DNA of 64,000 bases from Octopus sinensis (taxonomy: Eukaryota). Location of the stretch: NCBI RefSeq assembly GCF_006345805.1, contig NC_043011.1, positions 51,844,464 to 51,908,463 on the forward strand. The letters are read 5' to 3'. Below, one piece after another: positions 26,301-38,530 of this stretch. The stretch's first letter is position 1. Every line of letters starts with the position of its first letter. A program made the position numbers and the translations under genes. The notes beneath the pieces were generated by a model that worked only from the letters and a program-made list of their open reading frames with translations, did not search any database and was not told where the DNA came from.

Positions 26301-26980
26301 TACAAGATGAAGTTGACATGAGATTTTTATGTTCATTTTAAAAGCTTTGTGTAATTATTATTATTAATAAATAGTCCTCGTGACCTTTTTCTTGACAAGC
26401 AACTTGTGGTAAGATAGCATGTGTTGTGCATATAGGAAATAGCATGCGACTAGTGTACTTGGCAGATTGTGCATTGTCATGGAATGCAGATTATGCATTT
26501 TATTCAGGAAATAGATTAATGAATTTGAGAGAGTATGTGGTATGAGGTCAGTTTTGCTCCTCATCATTTCAGAGTTGATAACATAAAGTACAAGTACTAG
26601 GGTTGATATAATTGATGAACATACTTCCCCACAAATTTCAGGACTTGTAATCTATGCTAGAAACAATTATTATTGAGAGTGGTATGTTGGTAAAATCATA
26701 AAAGCATTAGACAAAATGTTTTGCAGTGCTTTGTTTTGGTCTTTTAATTTCTGAGTTTAAATTGTACTAAGTTTGACTTATTTTTACTGTAAACAATTAT
26801 ATGACCAAAGAGCAAGTCATTGGATTCTCTTGTGCTGCATTGGTGGCAGTAATAATTAATTATTAGTTCTCAGCCAGGTTTTCCTTCAACTTCTTATAAC
26901 TGTAGTATTATACCTTAGGGGTGAAAACCAGATGTCTTATTTCTCAGTGACCATTCTGACCCATCACAAAAATTTTAATG

Positions 26981-27243
26981 TGGGAAGCCAGAAGGCTGCA
27001 CCAGGCCCAGTTTGATCTGGCAATGTTTCTACAGCTGGATGCCCTTCCTAACGCCAACCACTCCATGAGTGTAGCACCCACTACACTCATGGAGTGGTTG
27101 GCATTAGGAAGGGCATCCAGCCGTAGAAACATTGCCAGATCAGACTGGACCTAGTGCAGCCTTCTGGCTTCCCAGACCCCAGTTGAACCGTCCAACCCAT
27201 GCTAGCATGGAAAGCGGATGCTAAACGATGATGATGATGATGT
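26981..27243. mobile_element. RTE 3' end with inverted duplication (fold-back)
   Basis: Arms 26981-27074 and 27081-27174 are reverse complements (89 of 94 by manual alignment). Only the right arm continues into the (GAT)n tail. Confidence 0.9.
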
Positions 27244-28858
27244 GTCTCTGTGGTCAGTTGTCTCAGCTGACCACATCTCACCATGACAAATCACAAACAT
27301 TTGCAATGTGATGAATAATTACTTTGTCACTGCTTTCTTTCTGATTGAGCAAACTTATGTTTAAAGTAATTCCAGCCAAGACCATCTCTTCTTTTTTTAT
27401 ATCTCAGTCTACTTGCATTAATGTATACTTCAAGTTGGGTAGTGTGTTATTTGAATAAAAATTTGGCTGCTATTTCTAGCAGGTCATGTTGTTATCTAGA
27501 AACTCCCTCGTCGACATTGTTTAGCCTCAGTTCAACCCTGATCCAGCAGACCTAATATCAAAAACATTCCAGCCTATCTCCACATACAAACACACACCTG
27601 CAATATGTTTATCTGATGTTTTTAAGATCGTTTATTGTGGATGAGGGAGACTTGAGTGCTATTTCTCACAAGTTAAGTGGCCATGTAGATGTTTGCTTCA
27701 TGACTTGTGTGTCTCTCCTTTGAAAGACATGTTTAGATATTTACCATGGTATACTTTGTCAATTGATAATCACTCTCTCTCTATCTCTCTTTCAATCTTT
27801 CTGTGTTACTATCTTTTGAGTATTATTTCTTTTTCAATTTCTTTTTAGCCAGTCATGATATGGTTTTACCAGGTATGACTTCTTTTTCAATGTTGTGTAT
27901 ATTATTATTATGTTTATTATCATCAATATTATTATTATTATTATCATTATTATTATTATTTCTTCTGTTCCAATGAGTCTTCAGGACCAATCTCTTCTTC
28001 CTACACTACATCCTTTCATTAAATTGCTTCCTGCCATCTAATGTTTGAAAGATTTCATTAATCAGAAAGATAAAGGGATAGAGTTATATAGTGTAGTATA
28101 TATTGTTTACATATATGTATGTATGTATGTATGTATACAAGCACATACATATATGCGTGCGCATGGCTGAATAGTTAAGAAGTTTACTTTGCAATCATGA
28201 GGTCCCTGGTTCCATCCTGCTGCATGGTATGTTGGGCAAGTCTCTTTTACCAAAGTCTTGGGTCGATCCAACATTGGAGAGTAAAACTGGGTAGAGGGGA
28301 AACTTTGCAGCAACTTGTTGGATGGATTGTACCTGTAATTGAAAAGTCCAGTCCCATCACACACTGTGTCACATTAATTCTACCTGAGAATTAAATTAAA
28401 GTACAAGTATCTGTGGAATACCCAGCCATCTACATGCTAATTTAATGAGATAGTTCAGTTGATTAAAAAACTGAATTCTCATCAAAACACCCAATAGATC
28501 TTTTTATTTACGTGTGCATGTATGTGTGTACATATGTACCTAGTTTTACTCGTAAGGGTTGAGTTAACTCAAAACTATGGTAAAAATCATTCACCCAACA
28601 TGTAAAGCAGTTGACATTAGGGAGGGCATCCACTAGTAGAAGCCATGCCAAAGCAGATATTTGAGCATGTCACTGTTCTTAGACCTGTCCACTCCTGTTG
28701 AACCATCTAACGTGTGTCAGATTGGAAGATGGATGTGGAAAGATGATGCTGTATGTATATATATATATGTATGTATGTATACTATTATGATTTATTAAAT
28801 ACTTATATATATGTATAAATACACATACATACATTTATATGTGTGTGTGTGTGTATAC

Positions 28859-28891
<33 letters not shown>

Positions 28892-30419
28892 TTCATTTAT
28901 ATATCCTTTTTCCATGCCAGCATCGATAAGACAAATATATGGCTTGGGTATTGTTTTGTAGCCTGATGCTCCTCCTCCCCACCCCCTGTTGTTAACCTTT
29001 ACTTGTTTTTTTTTCAAGTAAGGGCTTCCTTGTTCCATATGTCTTTAAAGATGTAGAGCTATTGGACAATCCATTGAGAGGGGAAATAACAACGTTACCA
29101 TCCATATCGGAGTGATTTTTCAGAGAAGTGCAAATGTCAACAAACACAACAGTGCATGCACACACACATACACACATATCTGTATACATCAGCAATGAGC
29201 ACCTAAGTATACATGACAGGCCTTCAATTTCCATCTACCAAATTCCATCATTCCTTCACAAGGCATGTCTTATAATAATAGACACTTACCAAAAGTGTTA
29301 CTTAGTGGAATTGAACTCAGTCACATGGTTCAGAAATATACATGTGTGTGTTTACACATGCATACATACAACAGTGCACATTATTATAACTATGACTGTG
29401 GGTTGGGGTCCTTTGTCATAACCACCAAAATCGTCTTCCATTCATTGCATCTTCAAACTCTTTTCCAATCCAATATACAGTACTCACAAGCAGTGATGGT
29501 TTACACTTGGAGTTCCTGTCCAAGTCTGACTACCTTCCAAGGTTACTGAGCCCAGACCACCCCATTTATACTACTAATATACTGCCTTCTCCTGGAGATA
29601 TGCTTTTACAAAAGTTAAGAGTTCTCTCACACCCAGTTGTTTTGCATCACTGTGAACATTTACTCAAAATTTATGTCTTTGTGCTGTTGCTATATAGTCA
29701 TTGACCCTATATTGAGTTCAGCCATCCTTTTGACAGGTATTGTTTTTATCCTGGGTTTTTATAACAACCTTCTTCACCAGGCAAGACTGATGGTGGAGTT
29801 GGTTTAACTCCATACGTCCACTGTCCAAGCTGGCATGGGTTGGACAGTTTAACAGGAGTTCACAAGCCAGAATATTGCACCAGGCTTCACTGTCTGTTCT
29901 GGCATGATTTTTACACTGGATGCCCTTCCTAATGCCAACCACCTTATAGAGTGGACTGAGTGCTTTTCATATGGCATCAGCACTGGTGAGGTCTGCTTTG
30001 GCACAGTTTTTACAGCTGGATATGCCCTTCCAAACACCAACCACTTTACAGTGTGGATTGGATGCTTTTTATGGGGTACCAGCAGTGGTGAGGTCATCAA
30101 GTAACTCATAAGACAAAGATCCTTTGAAAGGTGGGTATTGGAAGAGGTAGCCTTGTGTTAGATGATGAGAGGTTAGAATGTGACAGAGGGACATATATAT
30201 ATATATATATATAGATGTTTGTCCATACATACATGCATAGGTATACATGTGGTGTGTGTGTGTGTGTCTGTGCAGAATCAGCAGAGTGTCAGAGAAAATA
30301 CTTTGTAATCCACTTTGATTTTCATTCAGCTGAGATATTAGGGTCCATGTAAACTATTATAATCTAGAAGAAAGTGCTCCTGCATGGCTACAGTGTAATG
30401 ACTGAAGCCAGAAAAAAGA

Positions 30420-30790
30420 ATGAATGGATATATATGTATATGTGTAAACATGTATATATTATGTATACATGCACACTCAGAAGCTTATATTGGTATATGT
30501 ATGCCTTTATGCATACATGTATTGTTTTGTATGTATATGTATAAATGTACTGCTATATGTATGTGTGTATATGCATACATATGTAGGTATGTTTACGTAT
30601 GTGTCTATATACTTATATGTATAGGTATATGTATGTTTGTAAATGTATACTCGTGTGTGTATGCTTCTATATGCACGCATGTATATGGATGCATGTTTTT
30701 GCACAAGTGCATGCATGCATATGTATATGTTTGCATGCTTAGGCTTACATATTTATATGTACATTTATATGTATGCACATATATACAAAA
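30420..30790. repeat. Cryptic TA/TG/CA microsatellite block
   Basis: Read directly from the sequence. Confidence 0.9.
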
Positions 30791-31899
30791 GTAAATCAAG
30801 ATTTTGTGAGCCTCTGGGTCACAGGTACTATGTGGCCTCCTAGTAAAAGAAATTAAATATGTTTTTAAAAGGCTAACAACTATTAAAATTCAGACATTTG
30901 CTTTTCTTAATTTCTTGGAAACAAATTTCTCCAAAAACATCAGTAAATTGTAAGTTCTTAAGAACATTGTTTTCAATTGCCATGAGAGCAAGTCTGTTGA
31001 GTCATATTAGTACCATTGTTTGGTCTGTGTTCATTCTTTATATATTTCCTCTCAAACAAACTCTTGTCTCTAATCACATTATTTATCATTAAACACAAGT
31101 GAATACATAATGCAATTTAAACATTAGGGAATGAAGAAGTTAATTCATTGTTATCTACAGGAGAATATAGTATACTAGAAACTTGTAGTGTTTCATACTT
31201 GGGCATGAAATTATCAAAGTTTCTTGAAATGAAGCATTTTTGGTATAAATTCATACTCAATGTCATTTAAATAAATCTTTTGAAACTGTTATTGAAACAT
31301 CTTTTCCATATCTGAAAATTCAACTAGAAAAGAATCAAACAATCAATAAAACAACCTTATATCCTTCATTGCAATAACAAAGAACTGAGCATGACTTATC
31401 TAAGTTGGTTAGATATGCTTTCACCTTAAACTTTTGACTTCTAATTTGAAGTTTCAGGCACTGAAGAATAACTGACAAACAATGAGGTGGATCATAAAAG
31501 AAATTATATAAAAATTTTTGTATAAAATCAAAGAATGAAATTGCTCGATTGCAGCAAATGCACAAATCAAATTATGAGACTGAGCTTTCAACTGTTACTC
31601 TCAGTCCAGATGCATTACCATATGGTTACATTGAACATTAACAGCCAGCCACTTGCAATAAATACAGAAGTTTACATCCGTACTTCATATACTGAAGTTG
31701 TAACACTGAAGTTGTAAGCCAAATAAAACAATAAATTCTTAGCAATTGTTTTGTGCCACAATTTATTTAGTTAAACAATAGAAATAGTCACAAGAGTCAC
31801 CTTGATTTGATGGCTCTTCATCAGATACAAGCATAGAGTGGATATACTATAAAACTATTTTCCTTTTTTTTTTTTTTTTTTTGCTGGAAACCACACTCG

Positions 31900-34800
31900 A
31901 ATGTTGAAGACTCACTTTGTTTACTAATTGCATCACATCTTCAGTCTTCAGCCATATTGCAGATTACATCAGCTACAATACTTGAAATATTTCATCTTCA
32001 TTAAACAGCAGAATACAATGTTTTTTTCAAATTCCAATAGCACCTGCAAAGACATCAACCAGATGATGATATTGAATTCTATACAACCTTGTCAGACACT
32101 GTAAGTTTCACGTTGTAACTGCTGTTCAATAGCAAGAGGAAAGGGTTAGAGATCTAATTAATTTCCAGGATTCTGATTATATTCCATAAAATCTCTTGGA
32201 AAACTCTTCAGTAAATTTATGACTGGCAGTCACCCAGGTTCCTGTTCTAAGAAGCTGCTCAGAAAACCTATAGACGAAGATGCCACTTTTGCACTGGCCC
32301 TTAACCATGACTTGGACTGGTGCATTTGTCCAGTAAAGAACTTATCACAAATGTAAAAGAGGTTTCAGAAAAAGAACAACAAACCTATATAAAGGAAATA
32401 CACTTGAAAAAGCTACTATCAATGCATATGACTAACAATTATCAATTTCTGTAGTGCCAACAGTTTCATAGATGGGGATGTTAACAAGAATCTCTCACTC
32501 CACATAGCTAAACACTTCCTCCAAATTGGCCATGCAACTCAACTTAATTAGACTGTTTCTTCAGCTTTCTGCATTTCAAACATTTCTTTTTTTAAACTTA
32601 TGAAAAGATGCAGCTTTGGGCTTTTCAGAACTAATGTTCTTTTACAATTCTAGGACATGATTTAAATGATATACCTCTGTTACATTTAAACTTGGAATTT
32701 CATTTAAAATGAAAAACACAACAACAAAATCCCTTAGTGTTGCCCGATTTGTTTCTGTGTTGGAAGTGGCCTCTCATATTTTTTTCACACCTGTAATGTG
32801 ATTTGAAAACAACTACTTCTAAAAATCACCACCTTTTGATGAAATGATATTTTATTGATGGCATTATCCAGCCCTCAGTTTCCATGACAAGCACAAGCAG
32901 TAGAAATAAGAAACCTTAGCAAACAACAGCTTGTTATTGACTATAAATGAATGATAAATTGCTATTGCTTTTTATATGTGTATCTACTTCTTAACGCTGA
33001 AGCTCTCAAGCATTTTATTTCATAGAATAAATTCTACAGGAAACTGAAATATGGAAGCAGCATACCATCAGATTCCACTCCATACACAAGGATAAGAAAT
33101 ACACTGCATTTCGAGATGATGAAGACATTCTTGTAAATAAGGATACCATTCAGTGTGTCTGTTGCTGTAAACAGTTCTCAAAGAGTGATGGATGATATAA
33201 GTAGCAGCTGCAATATCAAAGATATGTTATTGTTGTTGGCAAAACTATTGAAGAATATGATAAGAAATTTAAATGTGAAAAATGTTTCCTAAGAAATTTA
33301 TTTCAGATGCTAAAAGGCTTAACATTCAATTGAACAATGGCAGGCATCTATCCTTGAACAATGGCAGGCATCTGTCCTTGAACAATGACAGACATCTATC
33401 CTTGTTACCAAGGATAGAAAATGGAAAGCAGCTCTTCACGGCTTGATCCAGAAAGTTAAAACCCATTGTTGATTTCATAGCACCTAACAATACTAAGCAA
33501 TGGAAGCAGCTTCTAAGTTTACATAGTTATTATTCTAAATGGATGTCCCCTGCCTCAGAACTAATTCTGCCCCTATTAATTCATACTTTTCTATTGCAAA
33601 AAAATTACCCCTAGATGTTTATTCATCTGCTTAAACTTTCATTAGTTAATGCCTTTCTCTCTTACCTAGAGTTCCATTACATGCTGAAACTGATGCTTCT
33701 AAAGTAACAGTTATGTGTGCCTCTTCACAATGTAATAAACCTGTCATTCTTATCTCAAGTTCTGAATCCATCATCAAATGAAAAGAGGCTACAGTGATCA
33801 CAGAAAGTCTCTGGAAATGGCAAACTATTTTACTTGGAGGATAATTCGTGTTACACACTGGTTAACATGTTTAGTTATGACAGTAGAGATAAAACAAAAC
33901 AAAAAAAGATAAAATTTTTTCATTGGCACTTCAGATTATTGTTCTACAATTATGACAAGACCTACATGGTAAAGATAATACAGATTTGATTGTCTTACAG
34001 ATGCTTCTCTGTAACATCTCAGGGATTTGCTGATTTACGTAAGTTTTTATATCATTCTTGAATAACTGAACTGGCATTGTATCAGATCTAAGGATATACT
34101 GTTTTTTTGGAAGATGTTAGAAAAGAACTTGTGATGAGTACATTATGTGCTTGGAATTGAAACCACAATCTATCTTCCTCATACCAAACTCTACAATAAT
34201 CAGTTGAGCACTTCAGTGTTCACTTCAAAGGTCCTCTGCCATCATCTAACTCTTAACATGGCTTGTTTGTAGTTACAGATAAATATTTAAAGTTTTTCCC
34301 CTTTGTGTTTGCAACTTTGAATATGGAACATCCTACTGTAATTTAATGCCTTCAAAAGATAATCTTCATATTTGACGTTCCAGCTTCAATCTATTCAAAC
34401 CAAAAGTACCAATTTATATTGCAATGTGTTTGTATGTTTTTGCAGAACACTAATAATATTCAAACCAAAACAACTCTATACCACCCTACTGGAAACAGCC
34501 AAGTAGAATGTCCTAATAGAACTCTATGAAGAACAAGAAAGCTATGAAACAAATAATGAGGTGATGTTTTAGGGGATGTTTTAATCTTTTTGGACTTAAC
34601 TAACTAGACACTTCATGAAAGCACTTTTGATTATCTGAACCTGGAGAAGTTTTGCTTGGACAATTTAAACTTAAAGAGAAGTCAGTTTTGTTAATAACAT
34701 TACACATCATTATACTTACATCAAATAGTCAAATGGACACTGTCTCCACTGAATATATAGCCCCTTCTGGGGGAAAAAATGAGTTTCATGTGAATTTGTT

Positions 34801-35100
34801 CAAACTCTGATTCCAGTTGTTGGTGATTGCTGTGAAATTGACTTGCAGAAGAATTCAGCACAAACTAGTTCCAGATCTCTTGAAGAATGTTTCATTGATA
34901 TTTGCTTAAATGACATGCTGAAAAATCAGGCTCAACAAGTATGTGAGTTGGAGCAGTTCTCTGTTAATCCATTTGTGGAAGAAGCAATTATGATTTCACA
35001 ATTCAAACTCAACAAGGATCCAGAAATCACTGGAAAGACTAAAGCTTTAAACTACCAATAAATGCTCCAAATTGCTATTTTCAATCCAGATACATTATGG
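31900..35100 (+). mobile_element. Highly decayed Ty3/gypsy LTR retrotransposon internal region (gag-pol)
   Basis: Motifs appear in gypsy order across many stops and frameshifts: gag-like remnant (about 32050-32400), RT AYHQIPL/DKKYTAF (about 33060), RNase H AETDASK (about 33685), integrase-like EDVRK and VVTDKY..FPFVF (34100-34310). LTRs were not found; boundaries are approximate. Confidence 0.8.
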
Positions 35101-35669
35101 TATATTTTAGCTGAAGGCTGATAGCCGACCATTTACAATAGATATGGACACTTACATTTATGTTTCTTTGAAATTAAATGTTTTAGCTGAGTAAAATGAT
35201 TGATTCTTGGCAACTGTTTCTTGTCACAATAATGTGCAAGATGATTGATATTCATAATATCTGCTCGAAGCAATTTATAGCATCCTGACATGTTTGATTT
35301 GTTGTCATAAGACTGTCCTCATAGATTAGCTACATCAATTCCAATTTGTACAAAGAATTTCAAGATGATGTTAGCAAAAGCTTCTCCAATCTATCTTGCA
35401 TTGGGAAAGAGAGAAAGTGAAAAAGCATTCAATCATCTCATATTCCAACATAGCCAATAACTACTGTCAACTGATCAATATGAAATATATCTGGTGTTGA
35501 ATAAATGCATATTTGGTTTCCTTTATTTCTTTTACAATGGTTTTTAATTGGAAATATTTTACCATCAGCCACTCTTGATGCTTCTTATTGATGTAGTATG
35601 TTTATCACTGATACATATACAGTATATTACTTGAGCCCCTTTTTTAATTAGATAACTTAGAATATTTGT

Positions 35670-36030
35670 GCTTCACAGCCATGTGACTTGGGGTACAGCC
35701 CCACTGCAGGGCAGGTAGGGCAAGTGTTTTCTACTTTTTCTAATCTGTCCCTGGGCTGACCGAAGCCTTGTGAATGAATCATGGAAACTGTAAAAGAAAT
35801 CCATCATATATATATGTGTGTGTGTGGTGTGTATTTATGTGTCTCCCTGTCTTTTCCTCATCCATAAATTATACACATAACTTTTGCAGTCTTCCATGAA
35901 AACATGTCTGGACTAGGGGAAAGTGTTATATTACTTGGAAAATGGGTGAGGGTTAGTGACAGGAAGAACATCTGGCCACAGAAAATCTACCTCTGTGAAT
36001 CTTGTCTGACCATGGAAAAATAGACACTGG
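35670..36030 (+). mobile_element. Composite SINE (family-A head plus RTE-like tail), diverged
   Basis: Same architecture as 41012-41395. Confidence 0.65.
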
Positions 36031-36039
36031 AAAAATAAT

Positions 36040-36225
36040 ATGAAGCTTGCTTCCTAACGACATGGATCTGGGTTCAGTCCCACTGCATAGCACCTTGGGC
36101 GAGTGTCTTCTACTATAGCCTTGGGCCGATCAAAGCCTTGTGAGTGGATTTGGTAAGATAGAAACTGAAAGAAGCCCATCAAGCAAGGCCACAGTCAAAT
36201 GACTGAATCAAGTAAAAGAAAGAAT
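36040..36225 (+). mobile_element. Family A SINE with internal deletion
   Basis: The head through gaaagaagcccatc is joined directly to the ggccacagtcaaatgactgaa tail. Confidence 0.8.
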
Positions 36226-37292
36226 AAAACTAAGCGCCTTATTGATAACGAAAATATTTAATGGTCAAAATCTCAAATTCCAGTGGTAATCCCTATGTTA
36301 GTCAGCAACAGACAACAGCATCACTTTGTCCAGTAGAGAAGGATATGAAGACCTAAAACCATTGATGATGGTTTTAAGAAACTTACTGTTTCAAACTGCA
36401 AAGAACTCAAAATAAATAAAACTTTGATAAAAGAAAAACATAAACAAGTATACAGTCTTGTTAGTACTACATGTTTAAAATAACTTTTTCCTGGAAGTAA
36501 TATAACCTCTTTATTCTGTCTTAGAAGCAGTACAGACTGGTATTAAATCATTTGCTTTAGAATAATTTGTCAGAGAGTAAATAAGAAAAGGTTGAATAAG
36601 TAAGGAATGGCAAGTTATAAAGGCAAAATGAAATGTAAAATAAATATAATAATGGAGCAGCTATAATTATTCTGACCTCCCACAGCTGTCACAAACCATT
36701 TCTATCTTGGTCATTCAGTGTAAATGGAAGCAATTTATGGTCCCATTTTTGCCATGATACAACATCAATGTCACCTTAAAAAAAAACTAATAAATAAAAT
36801 AAATCTTACTGTATAGCAAGACAATGTTTGAAGGCTTTATATATATATATATATATATATATTTTACATATGACATTTTAAAACTGACTCACCTGTCTCC
36901 AACAAGATATCTGAATACATGGCTGGTTTGGTGGAGAGGGGAGGTAATAAGAGGAGGGAGCATGTATCTTTTCCTGTCTTTAACTTTTATATAACTTTCA
37001 CAAATACACACACACGCATGCACACATTCTCTCTCTGTCACTAATGCATATAAAATACATGTGTTCTAGTTTATGGCCATGTGGTTGAGAAGTTTGTTTC
37101 CCAACCACATGATTTCAGGTTCAGTCTGTCTGTGCAGCCAGCACATGGAGCAAGTGTCTTTTACTGCAGAAGGCCAAAGTCTTTTGAGTGGATTTGGTTG
37201 ATGGAAACTGAAAGAAGACCATTGTGTGTGTGTGTTTTTGGTTATATCTGCAATTGTTTGTGTGAAAGTTTACAAATCATCTAGGTACTTGG

Positions 37293-37705
37293 TACTCTTT
37301 ACTCTTTACTCTTTTACTTGTTTCAGTCATTTGACTGCGGCCATGCTGGAGCACCGCCTTTAATCGAGCAACTCGACCCCGGGACTTATTCTTTGTAAGC
37401 CCAGTACTTATTCCATCAGTCTCTTTTGCCGAACCGCTAAGTGATGGGGACATAAACACACCAGCATCGGTTGTCAAGCAATGCTAGGGGGACAAACACA
37501 AACATACATGCACACACATATAGACATATATATACATATATACGACAGGCTTCTTTCAGTTTCCGTCTACCAAATCCACTCACAAGGCTTTGGTCGGCCC
37601 GAGGCTATAGCAGAAGACACTTGCCCAAGGTGCCACGCAGTGGGACTGAACCCGGAACCATGTGGTTGGTAAACAAGCTACTTACCACACAGCCACTCCT
37701 GTACC
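37293..37705 (-). mobile_element. Family A SINE, full length, young
   Basis: Near-identical to 3677-4084; CpGs retained. Confidence 0.92.
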
Positions 37706-38290
37706 TTCAAAGCTTTATGAAATAAGTGGTCCATTACTTTAAAAAATTGGTAAAGGCTAGCAAAGAAGAATGGCACCCTTCTGTAAACCAATCCTTGACA
37801 TAACATATTCATTCAATCCTTGCAAGCATTGAAAAGCTTGCTTGGGACAAACAAACAAATTTGCAGGTAAAATGAAAGAGTAGCAGGGCATTAAGAAGTA
37901 TCAACTAATATTTACAGAAAATTATACTGGTGATGGTTGTTGTTGTTTGAGTTTAGCCTTGATGAATCAGACCTACAGTCAAAGATGTTCCAGCTGTGAC
38001 CATCTTTTTCCCAAATTTAGTGCACCCTGGACTGTTATTTAATGTGTCCTTCTTTTGTAGGAGATTTGATTGCTGTTTCTAGCAGATGAGAGTGACCATA
38101 TAAAGACTAATTTGTTTGCTTGAGATTCTTTCTTGATGCATGCTGATTGAGAAAGTGCGATATAATGCTTATGATAAAGTAAGACCAGGACCAACATGGG
38201 GATAAGTGGTTAGGCTAGACATCATGCTATTGGGCCTTACTGAATCCAAGATAAGTGGATATATACCAAACAAAACATAGTAGGTACCCT

Positions 38291-38530
38291 ACATTATTTA
38301 CATTTGACAGATATTTGTCCTCATCTTGTTTGTTGTTAACACGTTTCGGCTGATATACTCTCCAGCCTTCATCAGGTGTCTTGGGGAAATTTCAAACCTG
38401 GGTTCTCATTTCTGTGGTATTTTTTGATGTGTTATTATTATTATTCAAGTCACTGCCTGGAATCGAACTCGGAATTTTGGGGTTAGTAGCCTGCGCTCTT
38501 AACCACTATGTCATATGCCCGTGGGCATAT
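38291..38530 (-). mobile_element. tRNA-headed SINE with Penelope-like/hammerhead-like 3' part
   Basis: 8-bp TSD GGTACCCT (38283-38290 and 38531-38538); tRNA-like head GGGCATATGACATAGTGGTTAAGAGCGCAGGCTACTAACC...GAGTTCGATTCC; core CTGATGA-A-GGCTG..CAGCC-GAAAC at 38375-38343. Confidence 0.85.

Noticed and set aside
38455-38522. Functional tRNA gene
   Set aside because: It is a tRNA-like head only: the acceptor stem is poor and it sits within a TSD-flanked SINE.
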